Assembly: GCA_029550925.1 (NCBI GenBank)
Contig: JAKPGL010000016.1
Location: 1,734 to 65,733, forward strand
Direction of reading: 5' to 3'
From: Planctomycetota bacterium
GTDB taxonomy: Bacteria; Planctomycetota; Planctomycetia; Pirellulales; Thermoguttaceae
Length of the DNA stretch: 64,000 bases
Shown: one piece after another, positions 60,039-64,000 of the stretch
How the letters are laid out: each line of letters starts with the position of its first letter
Position numbering within the stretch: position 1 is the first letter of the stretch
Program-made: the position numbers and the translations under genes
Notes under the pieces: model-generated
Databases searched by the model: none
Told to the model about the DNA's origin: nothing
Seen by the model: only the letters and a program-made list of their open reading frames with translations

Positions 60039-60917
60039 ATGAATTGGTTGGCAGGATTTGAGAAGATCGTGCGGTCAGACGAGCCGTTGGCTATGCACAC
60101 CTGGTTTCAACTGGGCGGCCCGGCGGAGTTCTTTGCCGAACCACGTTCGCTGGAAGAATTGGCCGCCTTGGTCCAGCGATGCCAGGAGCAGCAAGTACCC
60201 CTGCGGGTCTTGGGACGCGGATCGAATATCCTGGTCCGGGACGAAGGCGTCCGGGGGGTGGTCGTGCAACTGACCGCCGGGGTCTTTCGGCAGATTCAGG
60301 TCCAGGGAGAAGAAATTACCGCCGGCGGGGGCGCCAGGCTAGGCCGGGTCGTAACAACGGCCGTCCATCAAGGGTTAGCCGGGCTGGAGCCGTTGGTGGC
60401 TATCCCCGGTTCTGTGGGCGGTGCGTTGCACACCAATGCAGGTGCGGTAGGGGCGGACATTGGCCAATGGACCGCCGCCGCCACGGCCATGACAGAAACC
60501 GGGGAAATTGTCCATCGGACTGGCGACGAATTGGTGTTTGGCTATCGACAAAGCAGCCTGGATGAACCGATCATCTTGGAGGCCCGCTTTCGTTTGGAGC
60601 CGGACGACCCACGAGAACTGGCCCAACGGTTGCAAAAACTCTGGATTCTCAAAAAAGCCAAGCAGCCGATGGGCCATCAGTCGGCCGGCTACATTTTCAA
60701 AGACCCTCCGGGCCTTAGCGCTGGAGAACTGATCGAACAAGCCGGCCTGAAAGGCACCCGCATCGGCGGCGCGGTGGTTTGCGACCGAAACCCCAACTTC
60801 CTCATTGCCGAGCCGGAATGCACGGCCCAAGATGTCCTCCGATTGATCGACCTGTTGCGCGAGCAAGTGCGGGACCGACTGGGAATCGAGTTAGAACTGG
60901 GATTGGAGATTTGGTAA
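60039..60917 (+). CDS. murB: UDP-N-acetylenolpyruvoylglucosamine reductase homolog
   Basis: 'GGPA', 'GRGSNIL', 'GLE...IPGSVGGA..NAGA', 'YRQS', 'KQP', 'SAGYIFKDP'. Confidence 0.9.
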   Translation: MNWLAGFEKIVRSDEPLAMHTWFQLGGPAEFFAEPRSLEELAALVQRCQEQQVPLRVLGRGSNILVRDEGVRGVVVQLTAGVFRQIQVQGEEITAGGGARLGRVVTTAVHQGLAGLEPLVAIPGSVGGALHTNAGAVGADIGQWTAAATAMTETGEIVHRTGDELVFGYRQSSLDEPIILEARFRLEPDDPRELAQRLQKLWILKKAKQPMGHQSAGYIFKDPPGLSAGELIEQAGLKGTRIGGAVVCDRNPNFLIAEPECTAQDVLRLIDLLREQVRDRLGIELELGLEIW

Positions 60918-61059
60918 ACGGCCGGCTTCTGGGGCTGAGACGTTCAGGGGACCTAATAAGGACAAAGACCGACCCGTAGGTATCCGACCAAGAGGGCGAT
61001 CCTTTTGGCGGGGGGAATGGTTCGTCCTCTCCCCTGACGAGATGGGCGGATGATGGGAA

Positions 61060-61986
61060 ATGAACGGCAGTAAAAAGAAAACATCCTCTGCGAATCGGTC
61101 GCGTTGGCGGGAGGCCATAACGAGGTATTTATCTGGGCCGGGCCGTTGGCTGCTCTGGATTGGCGTTTTAGTGGGCCTATTTGTGTTGGGGGCGTGGCTT
61201 GGCTGGCAAGTGATCCGAGATAGGGTCCTCTTCTCAGAAACCTATCTTGTCCAAAAGGAACACATCTTCTTCGTCTCGCCTCAGCCGGAGTGGGTTCGTT
61301 CCGACGTGATCGGCGACGCCTTTCGGACGGCTGGCCGAGATGGCCCCTTGTATCTATGGCAAGATCGCCTCTGCCAGCAACTGGCCGACGCCTTTGCTCA
61401 GCACCCTTGGGTCGCCAGAGTAGAACGAATCGCCAGAAGCTATCCGGCCCGCATCGAGGTCCAGCTCCAGTGGCGTCGGCCAGTCTGCACGGTCCTGTGG
61501 CAGCAACAGCTTTTTCCCGTCGATGGGGAGGGGACGCTTTTACCCGGCGCGGATTTTTCGGCGGCAGAAGCGGCTCGGTATCCTCGGCTTTTGGGCGTCT
61601 CCACGCCGCCGCCCAGCGTTTCCGGCGCCCGATGGCAGGACGGCCGAGTGATCGAGGGCGCTCAAATCGCCGCCGCCTTGGGGCCGGTATGGGAAAAGTT
61701 TCGGCTGAGTTCTATTCGCGCCGTCCCTCTGACGGAAGGTTCAGCCGCCGAAACCCTCTATGAACTATGGACGCACGGCGGAAGCCGAATTATTTGGGGT
61801 CTGGGGCCGACGGTCCAGCGTCCCGCCGAACCCACCGTGGCCGACAAAATCGCCCGCCTCCAACGCTACGTGCAGGAACACGGCGCCTTGGATACCCCCC
61901 AAGGCCCGCAGACCCTTGATCTGCGCATGTTGCCTGCTGCTCCAGAACAAACAAAGGAACCCCCGATTGCCCCCAAGGCGACCTAG
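61060..61986 (+). CDS. FtsQ/DivIB-like cell division protein
   Basis: Basic N-terminus, single TM, POTRA-end motif 'HPWVARVERIARSYPARIEVQLQWRRPV', 'VDGEG', 'IIWG', 'LDLR'; follows murB as in dcw clusters. Confidence 0.65.
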   Translation: MNGSKKKTSSANRSRWREAITRYLSGPGRWLLWIGVLVGLFVLGAWLGWQVIRDRVLFSETYLVQKEHIFFVSPQPEWVRSDVIGDAFRTAGRDGPLYLWQDRLCQQLADAFAQHPWVARVERIARSYPARIEVQLQWRRPVCTVLWQQQLFPVDGEGTLLPGADFSAAEAARYPRLLGVSTPPPSVSGARWQDGRVIEGAQIAAALGPVWEKFRLSSIRAVPLTEGSAAETLYELWTHGGSRIIWGLGPTVQRPAEPTVADKIARLQRYVQEHGALDTPQGPQTLDLRMLPAAPEQTKEPPIAPKAT

Positions 61987-62004
61987 TCCTCCGGGGCTTG
62001 CTCT

Positions 62005-63468
62005 TCAGACGGCGGGCAGTTCCAGGACGAATCGGTTGTTAGCGCCGGGGGCCAGTTCCACGCTCTTTTCGACCTGTCGGCCTTGGACGGAGGCCCGGAT
62101 CGTGTATTGCCCGTAGAAACCCTCCCAACGGAATATGCCGTGCTGGTCGGTTTTGCCTTCGGTTCGGGTCCACCACTGGCCCTTGACCAGTCGCCTGAGT
62201 TCCTCATAGGCCGGTTTGGGCGACATGTCTTTTCGCACGAGTCCGGCCGGCGCCCCCTGCCAGGCGCCCAGATCCGAAAAGTCCCACCAGGTAATGGCCT
62301 CCACCGCCGGATGGGAAAAGAGCATCGTATAAAACCGCACTACTTCCTGCGCCTGCCACTTTTCCCCTTCGGGTGTAGAAAGCCATTGGTCGGGCGGCAA
62401 AAACCAGCCCCGCTGGCCGGAAAGAATCGTCGTTTCGGTAAAATGCACGGGCAAGCCGAACCGGCCAAACCGCTCACAGACATCCCATATCTTTCGATTG
62501 GACCAGACGCCGCCGTGCTGATGACTCTGGATGCCGATGGCATTGATGGGCAGCCGACCATCAGAGCCTTTTAACTCTTCCAGCAGTTTTTCGTACCGGG
62601 GATCGACGATGTAGTCGTTGACCAAAAGAAAGGCTTTCGGCGAGGCAGCCCGTGCACGCTCCAGGCACCGTTTGGTAAACTCCACCCGACCCAGTTTGGC
62701 CCAGGCGGCCGTAAGCCGAGGCGCCTGACGCTGACACTCCGGCCGGTCAAACTCCACCGCCTCGTTGACCACATCCCAATAGTCCACCAGCCCCGCAAAC
62801 CGTTTCACACAGTCTTCAATCCGGCCCAATTGGAGCCGAAGCACCTCCTCCGGGCTATCGGGCAGCCAGCGAGGTTCGCCCCAGTTCCAGGCCAACGGAT
62901 GGCCTTTCGCGGCGATCTGATGGGCCTGACACCATCGGGCCACTTGTTCCGTATATTCATGCCGGGGTTGGCCCGCCTGAGATTCATAGCCCCACCAATA
63001 GAAGCCCAAGGTGGCGTAGTTGAACAGGTCGGCAAATCGCTGCCGATAGGCTTCTTGTAAGCGAGCCGTCGGATTATCGGGCCGAGCAGCGTCGATCGGC
63101 CGCCACAGGAAGATATTGCAACCGAACAAAAACCGATGGCGGGTTTGTTGGATTTGGACGACGGCTTCCGGCGCCGGCCGAGCGGCGGAGACCACCTCCA
63201 CCACCGCGGGCGATTTTCGGCATCGGCGAATCCGCTCTTCCGCCCCGGCCAACAGTTCTTGGTCGGTGAGTTGAGGAGCTGGAGTGGGGGCAGCCCATCC
63301 GATTGCCGTTCTCCAGCCCACCGTCCCTCCGAGAATACCAAGACTTTTCAGGAAAGTTCTTCGTGCAACCGCATCGCTTCGGAAAGAAGAAGCCGAAGAA
63401 GACGTTTCATCGCCGGCCAAGGCCAAACGCTTTTTCAGAATGCGGAACTTTTTTTCATGATCCGACAT
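62005..63468 (-). CDS. Tat-exported GH10 family glycoside hydrolase
   Basis: 'RRTFLK' Tat motif; 'KGHPLAW', acid/base 'WDVVNE', 'GIQSH', nucleophile 'HFTE'. Confidence 0.9.
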   Translation of the reverse strand: MSDHEKKFRILKKRLALAGDETSSSASSFRSDAVARRTFLKSLGILGGTVGWRTAIGWAAPTPAPQLTDQELLAGAEERIRRCRKSPAVVEVVSAARPAPEAVVQIQQTRHRFLFGCNIFLWRPIDAARPDNPTARLQEAYRQRFADLFNYATLGFYWWGYESQAGQPRHEYTEQVARWCQAHQIAAKGHPLAWNWGEPRWLPDSPEEVLRLQLGRIEDCVKRFAGLVDYWDVVNEAVEFDRPECQRQAPRLTAAWAKLGRVEFTKRCLERARAASPKAFLLVNDYIVDPRYEKLLEELKGSDGRLPINAIGIQSHQHGGVWSNRKIWDVCERFGRFGLPVHFTETTILSGQRGWFLPPDQWLSTPEGEKWQAQEVVRFYTMLFSHPAVEAITWWDFSDLGAWQGAPAGLVRKDMSPKPAYEELRRLVKGQWWTRTEGKTDQHGIFRWEGFYGQYTIRASVQGRQVEKSVELAPGANNRFVLELPAV

Positions 63469-63499
63469 AATTTCAACCTCCCGGGGAGAAAGAATATCC

Positions 63500-63724
63500 G
63501 TAACAGTTCAGCCAAATGGAGACGCCTCTAGTTGTCATCCCCGCAAAGGTTTACGATGGGGGGGCTCTTGGGCTTGCCTCTGGTAGGAATGATAAAGGTA
63601 GCAACCTCAGGGCAGCCTAGATTCCCGCTTGCGCGGGAATGGCATTCTTGGGACTGCCGTTTGCACGGCAATGACAATTTATGGGCCTTCTTTCCCGTAA
63701 GTCTCCTTCCCTCGGCCGAACTGT
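63500..63724. mobile_element. Diverged MITE-like element copy
   Basis: Left end gtaacagttcagccaaatggag; right end ctcggccgaactgt. Internal REP units cctagattcccgcttgcgcgggaatggc and ggactgccgtttgcacggcaatgac. AATATCC repeated at 63493-63499 and 63726-63732. Confidence 0.7.
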
Positions 63725-63970
63725 AAATATCCGAGGGTAAAGTTGCAGGAACTTTTGGAGCGGCCCGGAGGGACTCGCCGCTGCGGGGATAGACGCACTA
63801 AGACCCCACAGAAATTTTGGCAGGACTGCTCTTTCGTTTCTGACGCCGCATTTTATAATAAAAGTTAATCCTCCACAATGCTTTTGGTTTACCTCAGATA
63901 ATCCCCCAAACCCGCCTCATAAAAGATCTCGCCAGAATCTACGTCCTACCAAACGAAAGGAGTTTTTCCC

Positions 63971-64000
63971 ATGGCCGGTTTCGTTCCAAGACGCCGACGG
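63971..64000 (+). CDS. Possible start of a CDS running off the window
   Basis: GAAAGGAG RBS followed by ATG at 63971; open to the window edge. Confidence 0.4.
   Translation, partial: MAGFVPRRRR

Overview
A 64 kb, GC-rich chromosomal window from a planctomycete, inferred from a DUF1559 prepilin-like gene, Planctomycetota-type small proteins, a sulfatase and MMPLs; Pirellulales/Thermoguttaceae is a tentative guess. About 40 CDS are supported. Housekeeping genes: two phosphohexomutases, fmt, tilS, hypF, uvrD/pcrA, dapF, folC, ligA, tatA, moaE, moaA, HU/IHF, murB and an ftsQ-like gene. Signalling genes: a CHASE-PAS hybrid kinase with a REC/RsbW-type partner, and an FHA class III cyclase. Also present are secreted carbohydrate/sulfate enzymes and two MMPL transporters beside an FkbO/Hyg5-like chorismatase. 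I found no rRNA, tRNA, CRISPR array or transposase. Main findings: (1) A dispersed ~190-230 bp non-autonomous element, with 6 near-complete copies and 2 remnants. It has 22-bp GTAAC terminal inverted repeats and perfect 8-bp target duplications at two copies, and carries an inverted pair of GTCATTCCCGC-type REP units. The REP core is flipped in one copy, and another copy supplies the folC stop codon. (2) A DUF2946/CruR-like leader (membrane anchor, CxxC, C-terminal RAPP arrest motif) followed by hairpins upstream of a His/Cys-rich DUF1559 gene, a candidate metal-sensing ribosome-stalling switch. (3) A murB with substituted catalytic residues next to ftsQ. (4) A cyclase with an atypical nucleotide-specificity residue. 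(5) An unassigned three-way-junction RNA candidate. All family assignments are from motif recognition, not database searches.
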